Virus record (IMG/VR): IMGVR_UViG_3300002835_004837
Length of the DNA: 62,719 nt
From: an uncultured virus (IMG/VR IMGVR_UViG_3300002835_004837)
Lineage: Duplodnaviria; Heunggongvirae; Uroviricota; Caudoviricetes
Strand: one strand, 5' to 3'
The position numbers and the translations under genes were made by a program. How positions within the stretch are numbered: the first letter of the stretch is position 1; the number at the start of each line of letters is the position of its first letter. The notes below the pieces were generated by a model. It made no database searches and had not been told where the DNA came from. It was given only the letters and a program-made list of their open reading frames with translations. Below are positions 31,367 to 39,952 of the stretch, piece by piece.

Positions 31367-33940
31367 ATGCTTAAGTCACAATCAATATCTTTTCAGTTGT
31401 TTAAGATATTGCCTATTCAGAAAAGAATGGATCTTGCTCAAAGTCCTGATGCAGGTGCAAGCCTTCTATCTGCATTGACTCCTACTCAATTTGCCGAGTT
31501 GTTCCCAAAGTATTATCAGAGAGCATTGCCTGATGTTGAAGGCTTTCAGTTAGCCGTAACAAAAAGAACTAGAGAGCAACAGCAAAAGGCCGACGGACAG
31601 TTACAAGAAAGATTGGCTAGCCTAGAATCAACCAACTCTGAATTAAGACAGGGTATGGAAAAGCTAGGTGTAGCTAGAGCAAAAGAATTACCTAAGCTAT
31701 CACCAGAGCAAGAGGCGGCATATAATACAATTAGAACGGCTGATGTTCCTGTTAATTCCGAACAGGGTAAAATGTTTGCCTCTTTAGATAACGAAAAACT
31801 TGCCTCCGTGGGTATTACAAAGACCAAAAATGAAAAGGGTGAAGAGGTATTACATTATACTGCTCCCGTCTCTACAAGAGAAGAGGCTGTTAGCAGACTG
31901 CAAACATCTGGCGGATCAGGTGCATCTATCGGCGAGCGCCTGGCGTTTTATAGACAATATGCTGCATCAAAAGGTGTTGATCCTGACCTAGTAACGGGTA
32001 TCGTTATGAGAGAAGGTGGTGGCACCAAGAATAGAATGCAAAGATGGGCAAACGATGATCCATCGAAGTCTGGTAAGCCCGGTACTGCATATGGCGATTT
32101 CCAATTAAATGTTGGTACAACTGTTCACAGAATGGGAAATGATTTTCTCAAAAAAGGTATTCCAATGGATTCTGCACATTGGAAAGAACAAGGTATGTTC
32201 GCTATCGATCAGATTAAGAATGGTCGTGTTCATGAGTGGATGTCTGTTAAAGACAACGGCGGCATTGAGAGAATTTCTCAGATAGGTTCCAATGAATGGA
32301 GAACCCACGCTTCTTCTGCTACACCTACAAAACCCGAAGGACCAAACGGACAATATTCTGACAAGCAGATTGCAGAAATGATATCACAACTCAATCAAGA
32401 AAAAGATGCAGCACGCCGTCAGCAACTTGCCAATGTTCTACAGGGTCAAGGTGTTCAAGTTCCTCCAGGAGCTACATCATCTGGTGCTGCCCGTGTTCCT
32501 GGTAGCGTCATCGGCGGGTTCTATGGCGAATCTCAACAATGTGTGGCACTATCTAAGCACTTTGCGCCACAAGTAGGTCCTGCCTCTAGCTGGAAAATCA
32601 ATTACGATTCTTCTGGCTCAGGTATCAAGCCTGGTTCTGTCATTGCTACTACATCATATAACGATGGCTCTGGTGGTAAGATGGCTAGAACAATGCCTGA
32701 TCATCGCAGCCACTATCATACAGGTATTGCTCTATCTGCACCAGATGCTCAAGGCAATGTTCTTATTCTAGATCAGTCTGCCGGTCGTGCCGCACAGATT
32801 CATAAGGTAAACATTCACAACTATAATGGTGAGAAGTGGGGACTTGTGCCTGGTGGACAGCCAACACCACGCTCAATGCAAGCCGTTCATATGGCTATGG
32901 GCAGTGCCAATGATATCGAGAAGACAGCTATTAGCGATTCACTAGCTGGCAAAGCACCTACAGCACAATCAACCGCACCTGTTCAAGAGGTGAAGCAGGT
33001 AACAGAGGCAACTAATACTGTTCCTAAAACTACTGAGAAGCAAGACCCTACTCCTGTATCTAATGCACCTGCGGCTGATGCAAAACAGCAAGCACAGGAA
33101 GCAAACAAGACTGCCGTTGTTGAGAAGACAGAACAGGCTCAGCCTGCCACACAAGATACAGCAAAGACGGCCGAAGTTGCTAAGCCTGCTGAAAAAGGTC
33201 CTAGTTCATACATGCTCAATAGAAATGAATTGATTTCTGCTATTAGAAACACCGATGAATTTAAGAACACTTTTGGATCTTCACTTGCTACAGATAGCAT
33301 GATCTATGAAGGCTTCTTTAATGATGCCCGCACTCAAAAGATTATGAAAGACACTGGATCAACATATGATGCTGCATCAGGCACAGTGAAGATTGGTGAT
33401 TATAAGAAGCTACAGGAAGCCATGCCTGATATGAATGTCAGTAAGTTCCTCAAGCCACTTAAGGGTGCTGCTAGAGGTGGTAACTTTAATGTTCCTGATG
33501 GTGGTCTAACCGCTTATCGTGCTATGGAAGGTAAAGACAATACTCTAGTTGTCGATAAGAATCAAAAGCCACTATTCACTATGAATGATAAGGAAGCTGC
33601 ATCTTTTGATCCTTCACAGAATAAAGTGAAGATTGATCCTAGCTTGAAAGCAAAAGGTGATATGAGAGGACAACAGCCTTCTCAAACGACTGGTGATAAT
33701 TCAGAAGTCATGAATAGCATCAACTCACTTAGAAATGATATGATGGCGAGACTTAACAGCACTCCAGCGCCTACACCAATGCAGATTAGACCTGGTATGT
33801 CGGACACAGGCAACATGATTAATAACTTGCATGATATGACTAGAACGCCATATCTGAACCCTGCATTTGAAAGAGCGGTCAGAACTGCAAATGATGGGCA
33901 GCCTTCAAATCACTTTAATTTCGGTAACAAAAACGGATAA
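31367..33940 (+). CDS. gp29-position hub/tape-measure-like protein with lysozyme-like and Cys-His amidase domains
   Basis: Synteny after gp51; GVDPDLV..IV.REG..YG.FQL (SLT-like); QCVAL...HTGI...ILDQ (Tae/BPSL0067-like). Confidence 0.6.
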   Translation: MLKSQSISFQLFKILPIQKRMDLAQSPDAGASLLSALTPTQFAELFPKYYQRALPDVEGFQLAVTKRTREQQQKADGQLQERLASLESTNSELRQGMEKLGVARAKELPKLSPEQEAAYNTIRTADVPVNSEQGKMFASLDNEKLASVGITKTKNEKGEEVLHYTAPVSTREEAVSRLQTSGGSGASIGERLAFYRQYAASKGVDPDLVTGIVMREGGGTKNRMQRWANDDPSKSGKPGTAYGDFQLNVGTTVHRMGNDFLKKGIPMDSAHWKEQGMFAIDQIKNGRVHEWMSVKDNGGIERISQIGSNEWRTHASSATPTKPEGPNGQYSDKQIAEMISQLNQEKDAARRQQLANVLQGQGVQVPPGATSSGAARVPGSVIGGFYGESQQCVALSKHFAPQVGPASSWKINYDSSGSGIKPGSVIATTSYNDGSGGKMARTMPDHRSHYHTGIALSAPDAQGNVLILDQSAGRAAQIHKVNIHNYNGEKWGLVPGGQPTPRSMQAVHMAMGSANDIEKTAISDSLAGKAPTAQSTAPVQEVKQVTEATNTVPKTTEKQDPTPVSNAPAADAKQQAQEANKTAVVEKTEQAQPATQDTAKTAEVAKPAEKGPSSYMLNRNELISAIRNTDEFKNTFGSSLATDSMIYEGFFNDARTQKIMKDTGSTYDAASGTVKIGDYKKLQEAMPDMNVSKFLKPLKGAARGGNFNVPDGGLTAYRAMEGKDNTLVVDKNQKPLFTMNDKEAASFDPSQNKVKIDPSLKAKGDMRGQQPSQTTGDNSEVMNSINSLRNDMMARLNSTPAPTPMQIRPGMSDTGNMINNLHDMTRTPYLNPAFERAVRTANDGQPSNHFNFGNKNG

Positions 33941-33965
33941 AAAAGGGGAGCATTTCTGCTCCCCT
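33938..33965 (-). terminator. Intrinsic terminator after gp32, between convergent genes
   Basis: AGGGGAGCA-GAAA-TGCTCCCCT followed by a T-run on the minus strand. Confidence 0.9.
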
Positions 33966-33971
33966 GTATTA

Positions 33972-34922
33972 TCAGTCATCTACTAGATCACGGAACATCT
34001 TGAGGTCTTCATCTTCGTCCTCATCCGCAACTGGCGCAGGAGCCTTCTTGGCAACAGGCTTAGACTCGGTAAATGGAGTTTCTTCCACTTCCTCTTCAAA
34101 AGTATCTGCTACCTTACGACGAGCAACAGGGGCCTCACTAACACCACAAACATCATCCAGCTTACGCTTTAGTTCCTCGTAAGTCTTGAAATGCTTGCGA
34201 TCAACAATCTCCTTCAACGATGGCTCTGACTTCCAGATGTTCTCTAGCTCGGAGTCATCATCAGATAGAGGAGCAGGTGCTAGGAATACAGACTCATCAT
34301 AGTTGGGGAAGCTAACATTGCGTCCACCAATATTGACATTCTGACGAGTCATCTTCAACTTGAAGTTAGCGCCATTCCAAAGATCAAATGGATTGACCTT
34401 CTGTTCGGACTCAAGATCAGGATTCATCATCTTAGTGATCTTATCAAAGATTTTCTTACCAAACTTGAAATAGAAAATCTTACCTTCTGCACCCTTGTTC
34501 TGTGGGTCATTGATAACCTGAATGACAGAAACATAATGCAGACGGCGCTTCTGATCACGAGCCTGCTTACGCTCTGGTGCATTCTCATCCTGTGTTGAGT
34601 TCCAGAGTTTTGAGTTATACTCAGAAACAGGATCCTTCTCATCAAAGGTCGTTAGTGACTTCTCAATATACCACTTACCGGTAGCCTTGTTCTGAAAGCC
34701 GTGATCCCAGTAACGAACCCAGGGAAGAGCATCGTCACCATCGACGGCAGGACCGGGAAGGAAACGAATAACAGCAAGTGCATTGCCTGACTTGTCTGGA
34801 GTTGGCTTCCAATAAAGATCGGTTGTGTCGTCTTTTTCGTATGTGGGGTTATTGAGCTTGTCCACTTCCTTGAGGAGATTGTCGAAGGACTTGGACTGTT
34901 TCTTGAGGTTTGCAAAATTCAT
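33972..34922 (-). CDS. gp32: Single-stranded DNA-binding protein gp32
   Basis: WKP..DK.GN..AVIRFLP, WYIE.SLTT, FGKKIFDKI, PFD.W.GANFKLK, acidic tail. Confidence 0.97.
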   Translation of the reverse strand: MNFANLKKQSKSFDNLLKEVDKLNNPTYEKDDTTDLYWKPTPDKSGNALAVIRFLPGPAVDGDDALPWVRYWDHGFQNKATGKWYIEKSLTTFDEKDPVSEYNSKLWNSTQDENAPERKQARDQKRRLHYVSVIQVINDPQNKGAEGKIFYFKFGKKIFDKITKMMNPDLESEQKVNPFDLWNGANFKLKMTRQNVNIGGRNVSFPNYDESVFLAPAPLSDDDSELENIWKSEPSLKEIVDRKHFKTYEELKRKLDDVCGVSEAPVARRKVADTFEEEVEETPFTESKPVAKKAPAPVADEDEDEDLKMFRDLVDD

Positions 34923-34985
34923 TGTATGTTCCTTGTATTAGCGTTGTATAGTTTCTTATCCACATTATCATCATATAAGAAGTGT

Positions 34986-35025
34986 ATTGTAACAGAACAA
35001 TCTCGTCCTGTCAAGTGGTATTTAG
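34986..35025 (-). promoter_or_regulatory. gp32 promoters: sigma70-type plus late CTAAATA
   Basis: TTGACA(35014-35009)-17 nt-TACAAT(34991-34986); CTAAATA at 35025-35019. Confidence 0.75.
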
Positions 35026-35337
35026 TCACCACTCCATGCGAGGATCATTTAGATCCTCCCATTCCCATTTGCCGATAGAGTCTCGGTTTGTCTGCTCAAC
35101 TGCGGAGCATTCAAAGCGAATCTCTTGCCATGTCTTATCTCCCCATACACGGCGAGGATTACCACACCAAATACATCCAGATACACCACAATCCATTGCA
35201 TCCATCTTATGAAAGCGATGTGGCTGAATAGTATCTCCATACTTATTGAACCAGTATGATGACTTTTTCACCTTGACTTGTCTATCGATGTGTCGCTTCT
35301 TTTGTTGAAATCTTTTCTGTCTCTTTTCTTTACTCAT
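35026..35337 (-). CDS. Conserved phage hypothetical protein with Cys cluster
   Basis: Basic N-terminus; CG...C..CGNPR motif. Confidence 0.65.
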   Translation of the reverse strand: MSKEKRQKRFQQKKRHIDRQVKVKKSSYWFNKYGDTIQPHRFHKMDAMDCGVSGCIWCGNPRRVWGDKTWQEIRFECSAVEQTNRDSIGKWEWEDLNDPRMEW

Positions 35338-35515
35338 TCAGGATAATCTCCAAGAAGTATTCTGTTTCTTCGTTTGGCAGATAACTTAGACCATTCTCCC
35401 TTTCATATATTTCAATCTGTGAAACTCTCACACCGTCATACTTATAGAAGACTTCGTATTGTCCATCGACCCAAGCTTTTAGGATATCAGATGCGTTTCC
35501 CTCTAGTGTTTTCAT
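35330..35515 (-). CDS. Hypothetical protein
   Basis: 61-aa ORF overlapping both neighbours in the operon. Confidence 0.5.
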   Translation of the reverse strand: MKTLEGNASDILKAWVDGQYEVFYKYDGVRVSQIEIYERENGLSYLPNEETEYFLEIILNE

Positions 35516-36104
35516 CGACCTTCTCCTTCAGTATGTGTTTGAATTTCTCCTTATCATACTTTAGAAATGGTCTATACTTTTTCACCTTGAGTGAAACCTT
35601 AGGCCAAATCACATCATTGTCATAGTATTTATCAAACTTATCAGCATATCCTGTGAAGTCATTTAGAATTGTCATCGTCTCAATTGAGATTGACTTGCGT
35701 AGAAATAGAATCACAATATCTGGATATCTATCATTACTCACATTGAAGGACACTCTCGGATCATCTTCTTTGAAGACCTTTTGTATGTCATCGGCAAAGA
35801 GATAAGACAAACTCTGTCTCCGTCTTGTATAGGCAGTATGAACATCATTTGCTTCTTCGCTTGCAAACTCTAATATGTAATGCTTGTCATCTAGAAGATT
35901 GGCAACATAGTGATCACGCAATTCTTCTGCATTGTATTCTTTGGCTAGTTTCTCATAGAACCATTTGTCATTTCGTTTTAGATATGACTCCTTGTTTGCA
36001 CGGAGTTTACCGTTCATTTGAAAGAAGTCATACTTTTGACTGGTGAAATGAGTCCTAAGTGCCAAGAATAGCAAATAGGACCCATAGCCTGTGAAATGTT
36101 TCAT
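35487..36104 (-). CDS. gp59: Helicase loader gp59
   Basis: Y..FLAL..HFT..YDFF..NGK, KR.DK.F, ISIET, KY.PFL; gp33-gp59-gp32 synteny. Confidence 0.9.
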   Translation of the reverse strand: MKHFTGYGSYLLFLALRTHFTSQKYDFFQMNGKLRANKESYLKRNDKWFYEKLAKEYNAEELRDHYVANLLDDKHYILEFASEEANDVHTAYTRRRQSLSYLFADDIQKVFKEDDPRVSFNVSNDRYPDIVILFLRKSISIETMTILNDFTGYADKFDKYYDNDVIWPKVSLKVKKYRPFLKYDKEKFKHILKEKVDENTRGKRI

Positions 36105-36937
36105 CGAGTCTGTAGGTAAGGATCAATGTTCATTACTTCATCAACGGTCTGTGCTACGAAACCTTGGGACTGCTGCTGCATTGGAGGAAGACCATATGAG
36201 TCTAACATCTTGGCTGCCATTTCTTCTTTTATCTTATTATAAGAATCCTTGATCATATCAGATGTGAGACCTCTTAGATTTGAATACGGCTCATTAGGTG
36301 TTTCTAACACCCAACCTTCATTGAGGAACTTGTTCTTACGGTATATCTGATTTGGGTGTTCAAGTTGTTTATGGTTCCACTTGAGGACCTTATTCTTGAT
36401 ACAGTCAAAGGTCTCACGGTTGATATAGAGTTTATCCTCTAGAGGATCATATGACACCTTGCAATGCTTATAATCAAAGTGTGCTAGTAGTTCCTCACGA
36501 GTCTGATACTTGGTGAGAATATACTGTGCCTGCGTTCTATGATTATTGATCACATCAACAATGTTTGTATTGTGCATATAAGACATCATTTCGGAACGTG
36601 ACCATTCCGTGTCTGCAAAAGGAACATCATCAAAGATTGAATTGATAGGTGTGATAGGATTGTAGGCGGCCGCCATTGCCTTTTTCGCCGCTTCTTCTCT
36701 TTCACTCTGCTTCTTGAAACCTTCTGTCAGGTGGTTATAAACACCAACATCATTATTCAATACAAAGATATCAATGTCCTTGAACTTAATATTCTTTAGG
36801 ACATTTGTAAAGAATCCACCAGCAATCACAACATTATTGCCATACAGACCCGATAAGAGATTTCGTGTTTTGATTAGAGATTTGATTGCTCTTTTGGATT
36901 CTTCAATATCATACTTTTCATTATCACTAAACATCAT
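36101..36937 (-). CDS. Nucleotidyltransferase-fold protein (poly(A) polymerase/CCA head-like)
   Basis: VVIAGGF...KDIDIF and later HFDY..C motifs. Confidence 0.65.
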   Translation of the reverse strand: MMFSDNEKYDIEESKRAIKSLIKTRNLLSGLYGNNVVIAGGFFTNVLKNIKFKDIDIFVLNNDVGVYNHLTEGFKKQSEREEAAKKAMAAAYNPITPINSIFDDVPFADTEWSRSEMMSYMHNTNIVDVINNHRTQAQYILTKYQTREELLAHFDYKHCKVSYDPLEDKLYINRETFDCIKNKVLKWNHKQLEHPNQIYRKNKFLNEGWVLETPNEPYSNLRGLTSDMIKDSYNKIKEEMAAKMLDSYGLPPMQQQSQGFVAQTVDEVMNIDPYLQTR

Positions 36938-36946
36938 GTCACCATA

Positions 36947-37171
36947 TTAAAGAGGGAGTTGGGAGGTATCCGATTTCTTGAGGAAGTGTAGATTTTCGGC
37001 TTCTAGTTTGATTTTGGATTTAAGAACACCAGAGACTAACTTAGCGGCTACTTCTACCTCAAAACCGTTTTCGTCGCAATACATACAGATTGCATCGATA
37101 TAAGGTATGTCTTTCATATAGACCATTTCTTCAATGGCCATAGAAAAGCGATTGATATCTTCGGCGTTCAT
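36947..37171 (-). CDS. gp33: Late transcription coactivator gp33
   Basis: True start MNAED (37171); F...IE.....YIDAI..YC.E...E.E...KL....LK.KI..EA..L.FL. Confidence 0.9.
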   Translation of the reverse strand: MNAEDINRFSMAIEEMVYMKDIPYIDAICMYCDENGFEVEVAAKLVSGVLKSKIKLEAENLHFLKKSDTSQLPL

Positions 37172-37362
37172 ACAAACATACCAAAGATGCCAGAGAGAAG
37201 GGAGATTGTGATAGCAGAGGCGATAGTGATTTCGATTACTCCTGTTGCCCAATAACCAAGAATAGAACCTAGAAACAAACCAGCGAAGGCACAGATATAG
37301 ACATTGGTGCTTAGAGCAAAGTTAAACTCACGCATACCAGTGTATTTGTCTTTCTCACTCAT
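37168..37362 (-). CDS. Small membrane protein
   Basis: Two hydrophobic segments; SD AAGGA. Confidence 0.6.
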   Translation of the reverse strand: MSEKDKYTGMREFNFALSTNVYICAFAGLFLGSILGYWATGVIEITIASAITISLLSGIFGMFV

Positions 37363-37382
37363 AATATAATCCTTTCATGAAA

Positions 37383-37533
37383 GCGGGCCCGTTCTGTTTC
37401 GAGGTGGAGCCCATACCCAAAGGATTACGCTGCTAGAGCGAAAGCCTCATATGCATTGTTGTCGTTTGCATTTACGATTTGCTTTCGATCTCCTTACGAC
37501 CTTACTGAATCCTGTCGAACCTGAATCCGGCCC
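37383..37533 (-). ncRNA. ssrA: Two-piece tmRNA, coding piece (tag ANDNNAYEAFALAA*)
   Basis: 5' GGGCCGGATTCAGGTTCGAC at 37533; resume codon GCA at 37469, stop at 37425; 3' ...CCACCTCGAAACAGAACGGGCCC resembles alphaproteobacterial coding-piece ends (3' boundary approximate). Confidence 0.93.
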
Positions 37534-37534
37534 A

Positions 37535-37969
37535 TCATAAAGAAACATGAGGATTGGTTTTCTTCATTACAGATTTCAATCTGCCTCTCCACCATCCTAC
37601 AGGATGTTCATTCAAAGAAAACTGACCTTCAGCGTAGCCATCATTGAACCAATATCTTTGAGTTCTAATCTTACGACCATCAGTTCCCGTAGGATACTTT
37701 CTCTCTTTCTTTGAATGGTTTGCCCATCTAAGAGTGTTCGTAAGTTCTGCTCCTTTTTTGGCGCCTTCATTGATTGCGATAAAAGAACATTCATCGGAAG
37801 TTAGTAATCCCAACAAACCTTTCCAAGCAATCAAATCTTGCCAGTGTCCATGTTCCTCATATAGTTTCTTATGCGCTTCGGCATGTTCCTCTATAGTGAG
37901 TTCAACGATATTTTCTGGTTCATCATTCCCACCCATATGTTTAGGAATGATATGGTGCTTATGTTTCAT
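37535..37969 (-). CDS. HNH homing endonuclease inside the tmRNA intervening segment
   Basis: HHIIPKHMGG.D...N...LT.EEHAEAH..L HNH motif; C-terminal W.NDG...P.GW..GR DNA-binding-type motif. Confidence 0.88.
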   Translation of the reverse strand: MKHKHHIIPKHMGGNDEPENIVELTIEEHAEAHKKLYEEHGHWQDLIAWKGLLGLLTSDECSFIAINEGAKKGAELTNTLRWANHSKKERKYPTGTDGRKIRTQRYWFNDGYAEGQFSLNEHPVGWWRGRLKSVMKKTNPHVSL

Positions 37970-37975
37970 AATAAT

Positions 37976-38009
37976 CTCCTGTCGATATTACTATTTATAA
38001 ATCGACAAG
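37976..38009 (-). promoter_or_regulatory. Late promoter TATAAATA inside a hairpin that sequesters the HNH RBS
   Basis: CTTGTCGAT-ttataaatagtaat-ATCGACAGG(ag): the stem covers the start of SD AGGAG (37980-37976); promoter at 37999-37992. Confidence 0.8.
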
Positions 38010-38025
38010 TTTTCACATTTCCTTA

Positions 38026-38090
38026 TGGTGGACCGGGTGGGAACTGCCCCCACGTCCAAGAAGCCTATATTCCGTCTCTCAACGATCTAA
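38026..38090 (-). ncRNA. ssrA: Two-piece tmRNA, acceptor piece
   Basis: GAC-GTGGG-GGCAGTT-CCCAC T-arm, then CCGGTCC-A-CCA pairing with GGGCCGG and giving G3-U70 (5' boundary approximate). Confidence 0.92.
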
Positions 38091-38096
38091 GCATAT

Positions 38097-38127
38097 TATT
38101 TATAACATACGGTGAGTTTTTTGTCAA
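38097..38127 (-). promoter_or_regulatory. Overlapping sigma70 and late promoters for tmRNA
   Basis: TTGACA(38127-38122)-17 nt-TATAAA; the -10 is part of TATAAATA (38104-38097). Confidence 0.8.
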
Positions 38128-38129
38128 GA

Positions 38130-38444
38130 CTAAAGTGGTGCAAAAGTTTTATTATGTCCGTCTATTGATAGAGTTATGGAACGGACATAGCCACACTCTT
38201 TGGTTCCAGGAATGGAGAACTCACCGCTACCATGCCTGTGAAATGAAGGAGCATTACACTCACCACCATTAATACTAGCCAACGAAACATCAATCACCTT
38301 CTTCGCTTTACAGTGGATGATATGACTATCACTAACTTTCTTTTCACATGAAACATCTTCTGACGCCAATGCTGGTGTGTTACTCAGTATCAAGAGTATT
38401 TTCAAAATCCTCAATGAGAGGGACCGGGGGTTCTTTAGTTGCAT
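38130..38444 (-). CDS. Putative secreted protein (start may be a few codons downstream)
   Basis: Signal-like ILLILSNTPALA, then a mature region with 4 Cys. Confidence 0.5.
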   Translation of the reverse strand: MQLKNPRSLSLRILKILLILSNTPALASEDVSCEKKVSDSHIIHCKAKKVIDVSLASINGGECNAPSFHRHGSGEFSIPGTKECGYVRSITLSIDGHNKTFAPL

Positions 38445-38554
38445 GGCTTACTAGTCGTGTCCCGTATAATGCACTCACCGACGGTCGCCACCAGACAACC
38501 AGACAAGCCCAAACTAAGAAACACCAATGCGATTGCTAGATATACTTTCTTCAT
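38435..38554 (-). CDS. 39-aa lipoprotein (not in the ORF track)
   Basis: MKKVYLAIALVFLSLGLSGC-LVATVGECIIRDTTSKPCN; lipobox LSGC; ATGA coupling and SD GGAGG. Confidence 0.7.
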   Translation of the reverse strand: MKKVYLAIALVFLSLGLSGCLVATVGECIIRDTTSKPCN

Positions 38555-38754
38555 TTGAATACCTCCCAAAACTGGTTCATTGCCTTTTCGTAACCGGCAA
38601 TCATTTCTTTTGCTTCTTTTAATGTATCACACATCTTCAATAGTTTGACACCTTGCGGATCATTTTCCATATACGCAAATTGACCTGTATATGTCATTGC
38701 ACAGACCACCTTACGATCATCGGAATGAAAAACTGTATCGCTCAACCGTTTCAT
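38551..38754 (-). CDS. Hypothetical protein
   Basis: 67-aa ORF in the operon. Confidence 0.5.
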   Translation of the reverse strand: MKRLSDTVFHSDDRKVVCAMTYTGQFAYMENDPQGVKLLKMCDTLKEAKEMIAGYEKAMNQFWEVFK

Positions 38755-39014
38755 TTATACACCCTTTCTACATGTCCACATCGTTTACATCGTTTCCAAT
38801 GATCTATAGGATTGCTCTTAAGAAAAGGTTCAACCCTATAATAGTTATGACCAAAGATTTTGCAAAACCATTTTATCATTCAAATCTTTCTTTGCTTCTT
38901 TTGTTCGCTCCTTATCTCTAAGGTCTCGAACGACACAACATTTACATGATAAGAGTTTATACTTTTTGCCTTTGAGGTTAGTCTGACCCGCTACGTTTCC
39001 AATATGCAAAGATT

Positions 39015-39692
39015 TCATATTGCAGTTTCCTCTCTAAACTGTTTCACCTTTCGTGCTAACTCTGGAATATAATCCCTGCGATTGCGCACGAACACTTGAG
39101 GTGATTCGTGATCGACGGAGATTAATACCACAATTTGCTTGCACTGGATGCCTGTCATTTCTTCATACATCAAAGAGTAACAGGTACATTGTTCAAAGTA
39201 GTTTAGAATCCATTCTTCCTTCTTAGGCTTTAAAGATGTTTTAAAGTCAATAATAGAAGGGACGCCATCAAACTCGGCAATACAATCCACCTGACCAGCA
39301 AGACCAAGAATTTCACTATAAAGCATAGTTTCCAAGTAATGGACATTATCAATCCTGTCAATAGTAGGTCTGATATCCAGAAATGCATGTTGCATGTCTG
39401 GCATTACATCTTCTTCGGTGAGAAACCCTTTCTCGTTAGATATATAAGATTCCATAAGAGAATGGAATTTTGTACCTCGGCGGCTTGCTCGTGCCGAGAT
39501 TTTGTTCGCTTCTTCTTCGCCGACTTTCTTTCTCCACTTTTGGATCGAGTCACCTTTGAAATGAGATAGAAAAGTAGTAACCGACGGGAGTTTAACACCA
39601 TTTGGCGAGACATAATATCGTTTTCCATTATATTCTTCTCTTTTCAGATTCACTAACACTGGGTCATTGTTTATATGTGTAAATGTTTTCAA
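39015..39692 (-). CDS. PD-(D/E)XK exonuclease (Cas4-like T4-type exonuclease)
   Basis: R.Y..P.G..LPSVTT, RGT.FH...E, AGQVDCIAE, IIDFKTS, YF.Q...Y. Confidence 0.88.
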   Translation of the reverse strand: MKTFTHINNDPVLVNLKREEYNGKRYYVSPNGVKLPSVTTFLSHFKGDSIQKWRKKVGEEEANKISARASRRGTKFHSLMESYISNEKGFLTEEDVMPDMQHAFLDIRPTIDRIDNVHYLETMLYSEILGLAGQVDCIAEFDGVPSIIDFKTSLKPKKEEWILNYFEQCTCYSLMYEEMTGIQCKQIVVLISVDHESPQVFVRNRRDYIPELARKVKQFREETAI

Positions 39693-39952
39693 CAGCCTAC
39701 ATCTTGATCTTCTTCATGGTGCTTGGCCCAATTGCCAAAAAATCCACTTGCATATCTAAAGTCACCCGCACGTGCCTTCTTTAGATATTCATCTACAGAA
39801 AGAGCGACATATGATCTATCTGAGTTTGACACGACTTTCTTTGTCGTAGTGCGAAAGACATGACCAAGGTAATCAAGAGATTGTTCCTTGGTCAGATTTG
39901 ATTTATTTAGTTCGGCGATTAGAAGATTGATGTTATTTTCCACAGTGTTCAT
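39689..39952 (-). CDS. Hypothetical early protein
   Basis: 87 aa with SD GAGG, downstream of a consensus sigma70 promoter. Confidence 0.55.
   Translation of the reverse strand: MNTVENNINLLIAELNKSNLTKEQSLDYLGHVFRTTTKKVVSNSDRSYVALSVDEYLKKARAGDFRYASGFFGNWAKHHEEDQDVGC

Noticed and set aside
37534..38025. Group I intron in tmRNA
   Set aside because: The insert lies between the CCA end and the mature 5' end, not within a mature piece, and the ORF leaves only about 57 nt non-coding, too little for a ribozyme core
38026..38057. Stand-alone tRNA-Ala or tRNA fragment / att site
   Set aside because: There is no anticodon arm, and its acceptor partner is at 37527-37533 ahead of a tag frame, so it is the tmRNA acceptor piece
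39015..39692. Cas4 / CRISPR adaptation module
   Set aside because: A common stand-alone T4-like exonuclease; no array or other cas genes are nearby
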